DNA of 38,510 nucleotides from Verrucomicrobiales bacterium (GTDB taxonomy: Bacteria > Verrucomicrobiota > Verrucomicrobiia > Verrucomicrobiales > V1-33), in assembly GCA_031411295.1 (NCBI GenBank), contig JANOAV010000045.1, forward strand, positions 1-38,510, given 5' to 3'. Below the pieces are notes generated by a model, which saw only the letters and a program-made list of their open reading frames with translations, did no database searches and was not told where the DNA came from. Shown here in pieces: positions 1-11,100 of this stretch. How positions within the stretch are numbered: the first letter of the stretch is position 1; each line of letters starts with the position of its first letter. The position numbers and the translations under genes were made by a program.

Positions 1-747
1 CAAAGGCTGCGGCGAAATTGGAAAAGAATGCGGGAAGCGGCAGGGAGTTATGGGGCATCCGCCCAATCCATCAGAAGCTGGCAGGGCGCCATGGGAAATT
101 ACAGAATTCCAGATATTTTTGAATCCTTAAAGGCATTGGACCAAAGTGGGCCTTCCACCATTCATTTGGCCCGGTTTGCCAATCTTGCCCAAGGCGTTCT
201 AAACATTGACTACACTGCCCCCCAACCACCTGCCGCTGCCTGCTTTGACTTGATGATCGCGGATCAAATTGCCATCAGTCCATCTTTCACCCTGGACCCT
301 GCCGATGCCCTTGCATGGCAGCTTGTAAAGCTTGGCGACGGACTGAGCGGGGGCCAGACCGACACCCTGCGCCTAGTTTATTTGGGTGGTAATGCAGCGT
401 ATGCCACCTGGTCTGCCACCAATGCGGGCTGCCAGTTACCCGATCTTGATTTCGACAACGACGGTGTGCCTAACGGTGTGGAGTTCTTCATGGGGCAGAC
501 CGGTTCAACTTTCACCGCCATCCCATCGTTAGTCGCCACCGCCGGCATCATCACTTGGACTTGGCCGCACGACCCCAGCGCAGTCACGGATTACAAATTC
601 CAAGTGTCCGGGGATCTGCAACATTGGACTGACTTCAGTCCTCCTGATGCTTCCATCGACACCTCGCATCCCGGCCAAGTTATCTTCACGCTGCCAAGCG
701 ATGCCAGCTTGAAATTCTGTCGTTTGGTCGTCACGCCGTATGAATAA
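1..747 (+). CDS. C-terminal part of a secreted Verrucomicrobia-type protein (probably starts upstream of the window)
   Basis: Frame is open from base 1. Contains YATWS...DFDNDGVPNGVEFFMG (Asp-rich Ca-binding-like motif) and a C-terminal YKFQVSGDLQHW...KFCRLVVTP module typical of verrucomicrobial exported proteins. Confidence 0.7.
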   Translation, partial: QRLRRNWKRMREAAGSYGASAQSIRSWQGAMGNYRIPDIFESLKALDQSGPSTIHLARFANLAQGVLNIDYTAPQPPAAACFDLMIADQIAISPSFTLDPADALAWQLVKLGDGLSGGQTDTLRLVYLGGNAAYATWSATNAGCQLPDLDFDNDGVPNGVEFFMGQTGSTFTAIPSLVATAGIITWTWPHDPSAVTDYKFQVSGDLQHWTDFSPPDASIDTSHPGQVIFTLPSDASLKFCRLVVTPYE

Positions 748-804
748 AGGCAGTCACAGTCCCGCAGCCGGCCTTGCTGGACACCGTGAATTTTGCGATA
801 CCAA

Positions 805-2256
805 TCACTCACTCAACCCGGCCTTCTTCCGCTTCTTCGCTTCTGCCTTTTCATTGGTTTGTGGCATGAGTTTGATCGTTTCCAAGCGATCACCCAAGTG
901 GCAAGTATCGGCAGCAGGGCGGCCCACGGCACCTTGATCGCCTATGAGATACATGTTATGATACAAGTGAGTTTGTTGGTCCTTAACCCCGCCCACTAGC
1001 ATGCGCGCTTCTGGTGGACCATTGCGGACAAGTGCGCTCGGCTCGAAGGTGTAGGAAGGGAGTGAGAACATGGGTTTGCCACGTTTCCAAGTTAGTCCAC
1101 CATCCATAGTCTCCCACCAACCGATGGCACCCGTCCCATTGGCTGCTTGGGAGAGGAGCATGCGGATATGAGTGGGAGAATCGATGATGAAATCCCCATC
1201 GTGTCCCCCACCCTGCTCGTCCGCAATGGTCGTCGGTTTCTGCCACGCTTTGCCAGTCCAGCGGAAATAACGTATCGCACCACCAGGGAAGCGGAATATA
1301 AGGTGCGGATATCCTTCGCTGTCGATGTGGCACGTGCCATGGTTCGATTTCTCCTTGCCCGTGGCCAGGATGAGCGTGTGTTGGTCGGCGGATTCCTTGG
1401 TGACTGGCAATGTTAATTTCTCTCCCTCAACATTGCTCCACGTGGCATCGTGGCAATTCATGAGCATGTAATACGTGTTCTGCCGATGCGAATTGTGGCC
1501 GGGATTGGCGCAGGGATGATACACGTAGGAGGCTGTGATAGTATCCCCCTGACCGATGTCGAACCACGCATACCAGGAATCGTAAATCGCAGGTGAGTCC
1601 TTGCTCTCCTTGCTTTTAAGTAAACTGACTGGTGGCGCGAAGGTTCGCCCGTTGTCGGTGGATTTCTGATAAACCCAATCGCTGCGATGCGAGCCATGGC
1701 GGTAGAAGAGATAGAGATCGCCATTGGCTAGTTTTACCCATTGGCTGTAAGTGCCGAAGGGTGAGACGTTGTCCAGAATTTTCCATGAAGAGATATCGCC
1801 AGGCCTCTCTGTCACAGCGTGAATTTGCCGACCACCACCAGGCAGGCCAAACTTATTTTCCCCGAAAACAAACATGCCACCATGTCCACCGAAGATCACA
1901 TGAATGAAACCCTGCGCATCCACTGTCAACGCCGGCCGACCATGGTTGTCGAGCGCCCCCGGGTCCACTTGATCTGGCGATAGTCCCATGGGATTCACTC
2001 CAGCTTGGACTGGTCCAGCCCAAGTTCCCTGCTCGTGGTTATAAGCCGCCACATAAGGATCCTCATGGGGCCCTTGATAAGCCACATAAGTCACCCCCTT
2101 GAAATACTCCGCCGCAGGATGCTGCATGGTGCTCACCGTATTGCCGTAACCATTGTCCGTGAAATAATCCACCTTCTCCGCAGCGCAAATACAGGCACGG
2201 CCAAGCAGGCAGCAAACTAGCACATAACGAAAAAAGGTGGCTCTGAGGGAATTCAC
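805..2256 (-). CDS. BNR/Asp-box repeat (BNR_4-like) beta-propeller protein, secreted
   Basis: 483 aa, GTG start, signal peptide. DNHGRPAL...GFIHVIFGGHG, LYLFYRHG and Asp-boxes STDNGRTF and ETMDGGLTW. Confidence 0.85.
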   Translation of the reverse strand: MNSLRATFFRYVLVCCLLGRACICAAEKVDYFTDNGYGNTVSTMQHPAAEYFKGVTYVAYQGPHEDPYVAAYNHEQGTWAGPVQAGVNPMGLSPDQVDPGALDNHGRPALTVDAQGFIHVIFGGHGGMFVFGENKFGLPGGGRQIHAVTERPGDISSWKILDNVSPFGTYSQWVKLANGDLYLFYRHGSHRSDWVYQKSTDNGRTFAPPVSLLKSKESKDSPAIYDSWYAWFDIGQGDTITASYVYHPCANPGHNSHRQNTYYMLMNCHDATWSNVEGEKLTLPVTKESADQHTLILATGKEKSNHGTCHIDSEGYPHLIFRFPGGAIRYFRWTGKAWQKPTTIADEQGGGHDGDFIIDSPTHIRMLLSQAANGTGAIGWWETMDGGLTWKRGKPMFSLPSYTFEPSALVRNGPPEARMLVGGVKDQQTHLYHNMYLIGDQGAVGRPAADTCHLGDRLETIKLMPQTNEKAEAKKRKKAGLSE

Positions 2257-2628
2257 GGGCTGGGAAATTAGTAGGAAGTGGAGTGGAAATGGACCGCCGC
2301 CAGATTACAAAAGGCACCGCTTGGCGTCAAACTTGTTCGGGGTAACACGATCGGGTTTGCATGGCGGTGGTAACGCGGCAGGGTAGGCCCCGGAGCAGGC
2401 TCCAAGCCCCGGGAAATCTTGATCCGCCCGGATCATTATTCGGGGTAATTCGATTAAGTCATCTGTATTGATGGTTAAGGGAATCAAGGTGATCACGGTG
2501 AAATTCTTTTAATATTTACTCGACAAGGGGGCGGGAAAATCATTAGCTGGCAGCGGCAACTACCGCCTGGCGTTGAGTAGGTTATATAAACGCCGCGGAT
2601 CACTAACCAATAACTCCGAACCGTATTT

Positions 2629-5600
2629 ATGAAAACCAAGCTTCTGCAAATCCACCAATGGCTCTATGCTGCGCTAAGTTTAGTAGTCGCGCTGGGAGGG
2701 TTGAGCCCCTTGACCGCTATCGCGCAGGAACCCTGTGGCCCGATCAGCATCAATGTGCCGGCGGGCACCACTGCCGTGACCCTGCCGGGACGCAATCCCT
2801 GCCTGTTCAGCCTCACACCAGTAGCCGTGAGCGGTCCCACGATCACTTTTGCCGCAGGAAGTTTTGTGGCGGGAGCTTACAACAACAATCATGTATTGGA
2901 AATCTCGGGCGGTCCTGGCAAGGGGCATTGCTCGCAGGTGGTCTCGAACACGCCTTCGGCCATTACGACCGTAGATGATTTATCCGGCTTCATTACGGTG
3001 GGATCATCGGTGGTTTGTGTGCGGAAACAAGTGACCCTATCGCAAATTATTGGATTCGTCGCGTTTGAGGATCAGGTGATTCTGAAGACCCCCGGGCCAG
3101 GTGGCGTGGTGCAGACCGCTTATATGTTTGACGGGCAAGGTTGGACGAATGCCGCGGATGGAACTCCGAGTAATCCGGTGCTGGATCCATGCGAGCCTTT
3201 CTGTGTGGTGACCGCAGCCGCCAGGGTGCTCACGATGAACCTGTGTCGTCCAGATTACAGTTGCTGTGAGCTGACAGCAGCAGATTGCTGCATCGACTTC
3301 TCGGCTGGGCACGCGCTGGAGTGGAAAAGCCAGGGGACGTTGGGATTGGATCAAGCAGCGGGCTACCTGGCCACGCAAGTGCTGCCACCACCAGGCGGCC
3401 ACTTCCGCGTCAGTGGCCCCGCTCCCTGTGCTGGGAATTGGGCGGAGAAATTATCTGCCGAGAAGTGCCTTCAACTCTGCTGGGATGTGCGGATGTTTTC
3501 CGATGGCAATGACATGGCGACGATCCCCTACCCCGCCACCATTCAACTCTGTTCCGGCACCCTGTGTGCCACCTTTACAATCGCGACCCCCATCACGGAA
3601 AACGGCGGCCCCAACAGCGGATGGTATCGTTTCTGTGCTCCCATTCAATTGGTTCCCGCCGCTGGGCCACTGCCCGCCAACGCCACGGGCGCTTGGTCCG
3701 GGGTGACACCCGCGCAATGGAATACGCTGCTTACGAACGTGACCACCATCGCCTTCGCCAGCAATCCCCTGAAGCCGCTGCCGAACTCCAAATGGGGTTG
3801 GGATAACATCTGCCTGGAAGAGACAGACTGTGATTGTTTCCGCTTTGTGGAAACGGGTTGGACCTGCACCCCCGTGGCGAGTGGCGGCTACACGTGGACG
3901 CTGACGGGCACGGTCACGAACCTTTCCCCCTTTACTGCCAACAAGATTTTCGTGCGTCCGGTCAGTCCTGCGGGACTCACGGTTAGTCCCGCGCAGATCA
4001 ACGTTAATTTAGCTCCGGGGGCCAGTCAGAGTATCTCAGTAACCTTCGGTGGCGTGACGGCAAACTCCAAAGTTTGCTTCCGGTTGGTGCTCTTTAATCT
4101 GGAGAAAGGGGAATGCTGCAAGGAAGACATTTGCGTGGAAATCCCCTGTGTGAAATTGACGCCCACGGTAGGAAATTGCACCACGACGGGAGTGCAAGTT
4201 TCCTTTGCGATCACGAATACCACGGGACTGCCGATCACAGGGATTTACTTGATCGGTCAAGCTCCGGCGGTGATTAGCCCGGCTTACTATCCGCTAGGGC
4301 CATTGGCGGTGGGTGCCAGCACCACGATCACTGGAGTTACCATCAGCGGACTGCCGGCGGGCGGGGTGGCTAATTTCCAAGCCATCATTGTCAATGCCGG
4401 TGGGCAGATTTGTTGTGAGCAAACCGGCAAAGTGACGTTGCCGCCGTGCCCCCAATCCGGAGTGGCGACGGTGCCGCCATTTCCAGTGGCCCCACGCACC
4501 GAACCCTGCCCGCCCGTGGTGGGGTCTGCGGCGGTGCCACCACTGCCCACCAATGAGTGTGCCCGCATTTGCTGTGAAAAGGTGCTCTGCGATCCAACCA
4601 GGCCGAACGTCTGGACCTATTCCTTTGTGGTGCAGAACACGGGGACCCAGCCCATGTCGCAGTTGCTCTTCCCCTCCCCCCAAGTTTCGCCCGGAGGCGT
4701 CAGCTTCGTCCCGCCCTTGTTGCCGGGACAGGCGGCGGCGGTCACACTAACCATCACTGGAGTGCCTCCGGGATTGTTCAATTTACCGATGCTCGCCTTT
4801 GATGGTCAGACGGGGAAATGTTGTTCCTGGCGCCAGCCCGTGCAGTTGAACTGTGGATGCGCCCAAGTGGTAAACTCCACCACGGTCTGTGCTGGATCGC
4901 AGAACGGTCTCATCTGTATCAACACCACCCTAACGGTGCAGAATCTGTCCGGCAGTGTCGTGGATGTGACTTACCTGACGGCAGTGAATCCTGCCGCGGC
5001 CATCTTCGTGCCGGACTCCTTCAACATTCCCCCGCTGGCCCCCAATGCCACCACAACGCTGACGACGCAAATCAAGGTTCCCTTCGGCACGACTGTCCTG
5101 ACCTACTACCTGACACTCCATGATGCCAACTTCGATCACTGCTGCGCCAGCCCCGTGCTGACGCTGAAACTCCCCAGCTGCTGTGATTGCGTGGGCGACT
5201 TTGTCTTCGAAGGCCAGGGGCCATTGCCGCCCGGCGTAAATATCGTAAACGTGGAGCGGGATCCGCAGGGCAAGATCGGCTTCGGCGCGCAAACCAATTC
5301 CTGGCCGTTCGTCTGCATGGCGTGTTCCGGGCGCGGCACCATCGTGCGTTTCGATGACAATACGGGAACCGTGCTGGGCGAGTATTGGACCGCCCCCCAA
5401 ACGCTCGGCGGAGCCTCCAGCCCCTCCCGGACCACGGTTGATCGCTATGGCGAATGCTGGGTGGGAAACCGCACCGACGATGCTTACGATCCCAGTTCCA
5501 ACACTTACCGGGGATCTGTCACGAGGATCGGATTGATCATCGGCGGCACTCGCGGCCGATTGCTCCCGGGCAACGTTTTTGTTCCGGATGTCACCGGGGA

Positions 5601-7983
5601 ATATCTCCAGGGACCCTTCACGTATCAGAGCCCCAGCGTTTGGGATCGCAATGGCGACGGCTTCATTCGCACCTCCCGCGGACTGGGCTACGTGCTCAAT
5701 TGGGATAGTGGCGGCACCAACGGCAACCAACAAGGCATGCCCCTGGCGGGCCTCTACCTGGCGGATGATGAACTCATCACCAACTACGTGCGCGTGGCTG
5801 GCAATGGGGTGCGGGGGATGGCCATCGATGCCAATAACGATCTGTGGACCGGTGGTTATAACAATTTCGCCTTCCAGAAAGTCAGCGGACTGAATGGCTC
5901 GCTGCTCGGCCCGGTCATCACCTCACTCGGGCATTCTTATGGGGCGCTGGTCGATGCCAACAATATGTTATGGACGGTGGAGCGCAATACCAGCCTCTCG
6001 CTGCAGGGGATCTATCGTTATGATGTTACCGCCAACAATGTGCCCGGCACCAACTCTTTCATCACGGATCCCGGACTGTATGGCATCGGCGTGGATCGCT
6101 GCTCCGGGGAAGTCTGGACGTCCTCCGTCTATGTCTCGGACGATCTGGAAACCGAGCCCGGAGATGTCAACAACACCTCGGACATTCAAGCCTGGCTCCG
6201 TCGCTTTTCCCCAGCGGGAAATTTAACCAGAGAACGCGCCCAAACCTGGCCGCTGAATCCGGGTTATAACACCAGCGCCCAAGGGCTCTGCGTGGACCGC
6301 AACGGAGTGGTCTGGGTCTCCGCAGCGCTCTTCTCCCGCACCGGTCTGCAGAAATATGATCCCACGGCGGACGTCTGGACTTCCCCCGGTCTGCCGGCTG
6401 TCACCGCACCCTTCTCAACCTCCCCCTATCCAGGATCGACTGGCTGTGCGGAAGATCATTTGGGCCGCATCTGGGTCTCCGACAACGGAGATCACGCTGG
6501 GCATCGCTACAACCCCACCTCATCCACCTTTGACCTCTCCGTGGATCTCAATGCGGGAGCCGCTCCTTACAACTACAGCGATATGACGGGAGCGGTGGCC
6601 CTCAACGCAGGAGGACAAGTCGGCCTGCTCACTGCGGTGCATGATTCCCTTTGTCCTGGGACCGATTGGGGACGCGTAACTTGGAACGCCGTTGGGATCA
6701 CCCCTGCCTGTTCCATCAAAGCAGAAGTCCGGGCCTCCGACAATCCTCTCAGCTTCCCTAACGGTTGGACTCCTGTGACCAGCGGCACAAACTTCTGCGG
6801 GAAGGGCATCAAAGGCCGCTATGTGGAAATTCGCGTCACCTTCTATCGTCCCGGCGGAGCCAACTGCATTCCCACCTGCAATCCCAAACTCTGCTGGCTG
6901 AAAATTGAATGTTGTGAGGCCATCGGTGCCATCCCTGTGGTTACCCTGCCCAGCGACGTTGCCACCGCCGCCGGACTCCCCACCGTTGTCCCTGGCGAAG
7001 TCGCCATCCAAGTCCCCCGCATGGGCAGCGCCAGCGCGACCGCCACTTGGAAGGTCGATGGGACTAACGGCACTCCTTTCACCATCAGCGGAAGCGATTC
7101 CACAGCATCGGGCTGGGTCGTGATGAACGTAACTTACACTGGAAACCTCAGCCCCGGAGCGCATGTCGTTTCCCTGACAGTGGAGAATTCACTGGGGGCC
7201 TCGAGTGAGCAAACCTTGGTAACCGTGGCGGATCAAGCCCCGCAAATCTCTGCGCTGCCCAGTCTAAGCCAGACGGCATTTCAGGGAACCGTGCCGGATT
7301 ATCGACTGCTCGCAGTGATTTCCGATGACGTCACGCCCGCCTCTTCACTCATCGTTTCCCAGTTACCGCCGCCGGGGAGCATCGTCTCGCAAGGGCAAAC
7401 GCCGGTCCGTGTCAGTGTGCGGGATGGCAGTGGCCGCAGCAGCAGTGCCCAGACGCTCTTCAACGTGCTCCCAGTGCTGCGAATTACTGCGCCTGCCAAC
7501 TACACCATGATTCCCTCCGGCCAGCCCATCATGGTCAACGCCGCCGTTGCCGTTCCGGCAGCAACGGTCTCCAGTTACCGTATCGAATTCACTGGTGCCC
7601 AAAGCAGAACCACCACGGTCACCAGCCTGCCAGCCGAGCTACCAGCACTGCCGCCGGGTGAATACTCGCTGCAAATCACCGCCCTCAATGCCGCTGGCAA
7701 GTCATCCACTTCCCCCTCGATTTCTCTGCTCATCCTGCGGCCCCTGTCAGCGCCCGCTCCCGCCCCCACCCTGCTGGCAAGCGCAGGGGGCGGCAACAAT
7801 CTGCTGCTGCAATTCCCAGCCCCCAGAGGAGCCCGATGCTGCGTGCAAAAAAGCACCGACTTGGTGCACTGGGCGGACTTTGAAATCATCACTGGCGAGG
7901 GACTCGAAGTCGATGTGCCAGTTACCAGAAACCCCAACGAACCCGCTGCCTTCTACCGCGTCCTAATCCAGCATCCTGAGTGA
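2629..7983 (+). CDS. Large secreted Cys-rich multidomain protein (laminin-B-like domain, about 4 Cys-rich Ig-like modules, Vgb-like beta-propeller, HYR/Ig-like domains, C-terminal FYR module)
   Basis: 1784-aa ORF with signal peptide (...TAIA/QEP). AQWNTLLTNVT...WGWDNICL resembles a laminin-B-like domain. Propeller is bounded by SPSRTTVDRYGECWVGNR and APYNYSDMTG. Ends STDLVHW...AFYRV. Confidence 0.85.
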   Translation: MKTKLLQIHQWLYAALSLVVALGGLSPLTAIAQEPCGPISINVPAGTTAVTLPGRNPCLFSLTPVAVSGPTITFAAGSFVAGAYNNNHVLEISGGPGKGHCSQVVSNTPSAITTVDDLSGFITVGSSVVCVRKQVTLSQIIGFVAFEDQVILKTPGPGGVVQTAYMFDGQGWTNAADGTPSNPVLDPCEPFCVVTAAARVLTMNLCRPDYSCCELTAADCCIDFSAGHALEWKSQGTLGLDQAAGYLATQVLPPPGGHFRVSGPAPCAGNWAEKLSAEKCLQLCWDVRMFSDGNDMATIPYPATIQLCSGTLCATFTIATPITENGGPNSGWYRFCAPIQLVPAAGPLPANATGAWSGVTPAQWNTLLTNVTTIAFASNPLKPLPNSKWGWDNICLEETDCDCFRFVETGWTCTPVASGGYTWTLTGTVTNLSPFTANKIFVRPVSPAGLTVSPAQINVNLAPGASQSISVTFGGVTANSKVCFRLVLFNLEKGECCKEDICVEIPCVKLTPTVGNCTTTGVQVSFAITNTTGLPITGIYLIGQAPAVISPAYYPLGPLAVGASTTITGVTISGLPAGGVANFQAIIVNAGGQICCEQTGKVTLPPCPQSGVATVPPFPVAPRTEPCPPVVGSAAVPPLPTNECARICCEKVLCDPTRPNVWTYSFVVQNTGTQPMSQLLFPSPQVSPGGVSFVPPLLPGQAAAVTLTITGVPPGLFNLPMLAFDGQTGKCCSWRQPVQLNCGCAQVVNSTTVCAGSQNGLICINTTLTVQNLSGSVVDVTYLTAVNPAAAIFVPDSFNIPPLAPNATTTLTTQIKVPFGTTVLTYYLTLHDANFDHCCASPVLTLKLPSCCDCVGDFVFEGQGPLPPGVNIVNVERDPQGKIGFGAQTNSWPFVCMACSGRGTIVRFDDNTGTVLGEYWTAPQTLGGASSPSRTTVDRYGECWVGNRTDDAYDPSSNTYRGSVTRIGLIIGGTRGRLLPGNVFVPDVTGEYLQGPFTYQSPSVWDRNGDGFIRTSRGLGYVLNWDSGGTNGNQQGMPLAGLYLADDELITNYVRVAGNGVRGMAIDANNDLWTGGYNNFAFQKVSGLNGSLLGPVITSLGHSYGALVDANNMLWTVERNTSLSLQGIYRYDVTANNVPGTNSFITDPGLYGIGVDRCSGEVWTSSVYVSDDLETEPGDVNNTSDIQAWLRRFSPAGNLTRERAQTWPLNPGYNTSAQGLCVDRNGVVWVSAALFSRTGLQKYDPTADVWTSPGLPAVTAPFSTSPYPGSTGCAEDHLGRIWVSDNGDHAGHRYNPTSSTFDLSVDLNAGAAPYNYSDMTGAVALNAGGQVGLLTAVHDSLCPGTDWGRVTWNAVGITPACSIKAEVRASDNPLSFPNGWTPVTSGTNFCGKGIKGRYVEIRVTFYRPGGANCIPTCNPKLCWLKIECCEAIGAIPVVTLPSDVATAAGLPTVVPGEVAIQVPRMGSASATATWKVDGTNGTPFTISGSDSTASGWVVMNVTYTGNLSPGAHVVSLTVENSLGASSEQTLVTVADQAPQISALPSLSQTAFQGTVPDYRLLAVISDDVTPASSLIVSQLPPPGSIVSQGQTPVRVSVRDGSGRSSSAQTLFNVLPVLRITAPANYTMIPSGQPIMVNAAVAVPAATVSSYRIEFTGAQSRTTTVTSLPAELPALPPGEYSLQITALNAAGKSSTSPSISLLILRPLSAPAPAPTLLASAGGGNNLLLQFPAPRGARCCVQKSTDLVHWADFEIITGEGLEVDVPVTRNPNEPAAFYRVLIQHPE

Positions 7984-8050
7984 ATCGGGTGGAATGATCC
8001 AAGACCATTTCCCTTTTAAAATGAGTAAATTCAAAAGTCTGTGGATCAGA

Positions 8051-8090
8051 CCGCTGGGCTGATCTAGATGAGCAGCCCAGCGGGCTGCTC
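8051..8090. terminator. GC-rich stem-loop between convergent genes (possible bidirectional terminator)
   Basis: CCGCTGGGCTG (8051-8061) pairs with CAGCCCAGCGG (8073-8083). An overlapping alternative hairpin GAGCAGCCC-agc-GGGCTGCTC lies at 8070-8090. Located between stops at 7983 and 8125. No strong U-tract. Confidence 0.5.
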
Positions 8091-8124
8091 CACATTCTTC
8101 TACCGTTTACTTTCTGGAAATGGC

Positions 8125-11100
8125 CTACGGCGTGCGCAAGGCTCGGTAGAAACGTCTGGTTTCACTACCGGGCGTGTCGAGCAAATCCAGCGTGCTGCCG
8201 GTGGCCGGTGTGTTGGTGCCGACGTTCGTCCAGGATCCGGTGGTGAGATCGTTGCTGAATTGCAGTTGATAGGAAAACCCGGGCGTGGTGGCTACGGTGA
8301 ACGTCACGGTGCCTGCCGTTAGGGAAATGGTAGCGGTCGGGTTGGGGATGGCGGCGGTGTTCTGGGCTCCGGTGCTGGTGGTCGTTAGGAAGTCGATGAT
8401 CGTTGCGCCATCCGGGCTGCGGCCCTGACTGCGGTTCTTCAGTTGCTGACCGAAGGTGACGGTGTCCACGATGGTGGCGTCGGGGGCTTTGAGCGTTAGG
8501 ATTTCTCCGGTGTTGCTAAGTTTGAAGGGAACGTGGAGTTGACCGCTGCCGGTATTCTGGACGATTTCATTGTCGGCCCAGACCAATAGATAACCGTTGG
8601 CGGGGATGCTGTAGCCGCTGGGGATAACGAAATCTGTGGCCGTGGGAGCGGAATCGCTGAGCACCCAATTAGTGAGATCCACAGCGTTGCCAGTGGGGTT
8701 ATAGAGTTCGAACCAGTCCTGGCTTTGGCCATCGGCAGGGTCAAAATTTAGCGCCGCATTATCGGCTAGCCATTCGTTGATGCGGAGGGATGGCCAGGCG
8801 TTGACGCCAGTAAAGGTGACGTCCAGCGTAACGCTGCCGGTCTGCGTGCCGATATCATCGAAGGTCCGAATGACGAGCGGATTCGCGCCAGGAGCCACGT
8901 TCACTTGGGCGCTCCAAGCCATCGTGGAGGTCCAGATGAGCGGCGTTTCGATGCCGTTAAACGTAATGGATTTAGCAGCCACGGGGGCGGTGCCCGTGAT
9001 CGTGAGCGGACTCGTGGACGTGACGATCGTAGTCGGCCCATTGACGGTAAAGGTGGCGTTGACGGAGGCCAGTTGCGTTTGCAGATAGCCGACGCGGGCA
9101 TCGATCCACGCAGGGATACTCAGATTATGCGGACCGCTCCCCACTAAGGGCGAGGTCACCGCGACACCATTCGCGATGTAACCATTGTAGCGTTGGGTCA
9201 CGCGATTCGTGATAGCCGCTCCGCTGAAGAAGGTGCCGAGCGATTTCTGCAAGGCGCACCAGTAGCTGCGAATGAAGGCCGGAGTGTCATACATGCGTTG
9301 CACGGGCGCATCGATACCGGCAGCAAAGAGTGGCGAGGTGGCGGGTGGGTTGGCGGTGTTAATATCGGCACCGATGCCGACGTCCAGATCATTCGTGAAC
9401 ACTTGCCAGCGCCCCGTGACCGGCTTGTAAATGTAGGCGTTCTTGGCGTTAGGATTTCCGAACGTATCCCAGTAGGCACACATGTCAGCGAACGCGAAAT
9501 TCCGCATCCACTGGTCCATGTCCACCACGTTATTGACGGCGTTCACATAAGGAGTGCCCACCGTATTGGCCGCGGTGACAAGGTTGAAGAAATCCGTGTA
9601 ATCATTCTCGTTCGGGGAACGCTGACGCCAGTTCCAGCGGTAGCGTCCCGTCTTGTAAACGCCGCCCGCGGTAGTGAGCGGGCTCAGCGTATTCGTCGGC
9701 CCAGCAATGCGGGCACCATTGTCATCAAACTCATCCCAGCCGCTAGTCTTGAGCAGTCGCCCCTTGGTATCATTGGGGAAATTGGCATCCAAATACGATC
9801 CGCCCGGTTGGTGGGCCTCATGATAAATGGGCACGGTGGCGGAGGTCCGGCGGAGGCCATTAACCGTTAGATGAACGTCGCGTCGATGCAGCGTGGGCAA
9901 CTGCATTTGCTCCAGCATCCAATGCATCAGTTGCTCCCGCTGATTGGTCACGTCGCGCACTGGCCAGTCCAAGGTCACGCCGCTCTCACCGAAAAGCCGC
10001 TCTCCTGGCGGAAGGTCAATTTCGTAGCCACTGATGAAGGTGGTGGGATTATTGCCGCTGGGTTCAGAGAACTGCGCGAAGTGCGCTCCCGTGCCGTAAA
10101 GGATGCGGCTGGTATTATGCAGCAGGGTGATCGGGAATGGTTCGTTCGTCTTGGGCAGTCGGTTGGTCCATGCCGTGAGCGTGGCTGCATTGATCCACAT
10201 CGTGTAAGCTCCGAAGGCTCCGGCTGGCTGGGTATCGCCCACGCGGGCGGAGCATTCGCCTGTCGGCGGAAAGGTGGCTCTGGCAGCAACGGTATCGTTG
10301 GCAGTGATGGTGAAGGCCACGAGCGCGCCCGCGCTCTGAGCTGGAATGGTGGCAGTATAAATGCCATCGCCTGCCAGAAGGTCTCCTGTCGTGCCGGCAT
10401 CGTTCATGCCCACAGTGCTCAGGGTGGTGGAGGGATCCAGACGATAATTTACTGTCGCAGTTCCCATACCATCCGGGTCCGTTAGGCGGGCGAAGATCCG
10501 GAACGGCACGCCAGCCACTGGCAGGGCAGGGCGATGGGTGACGTCCGTGATCGCAGGTGCCGCGTTCGCCACGCTGCGGCTGTTGGCGGCTCCGGGGGTG
10601 CCAAGATTTTTCGGCACCGTCAACGCGCTGTAGGCTTCGACTCCGCCGCCTTTCAAGCGCAGGAGAAATTCTGATGAACCCCGCAGCCAACGGACTTGCG
10701 CGCGAATCGTGGCGGTGTCGTTAACGGCAATGGTGGCAGTCAGTGGCGTGCGCGTGCGGTTCGGGGCCGGATCCCCCCGACCCGTGGCTACGATGCGAAG
10801 GGACTTACTTCCGGCAAACCCCGTATTTTCAATCACGGACCGATTGTGCGTTCCCTGAACTAACCATGGGGCGAGTCCGCTCTCGAATCCTCCATTCGTC
10901 ACTAAATTCCCTCCCGCGCTTGGAGAAGCCTCTACTTCATCAATCATCGCTTCGCCTGCATCCAGCAGGAAAGCATCGAGTCGATCCGCTATGCCGAGCA
11001 CATTGGTATGCGGATTATCCATCAACCCGGTCGCTGTGACCAAAGTCCAGGGAGCCTTGGCGGTTTCGTCGCTATCCAGCCAGAGCGGTTGAACGGTGCT

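Noticed and set aside
2305..2628. Short ORF or structured RNA in the divergent intergenic region
   Set aside because: No recognisable protein motif or RNA family; only weak short stems.
4930..5733. 267-aa minus-strand ORF (and similar ORFs at 6520-7164, 9193-10485, 20491-21150, 32229-32873)
   Set aside because: Codon-aligned antisense shadows of well-supported genes.
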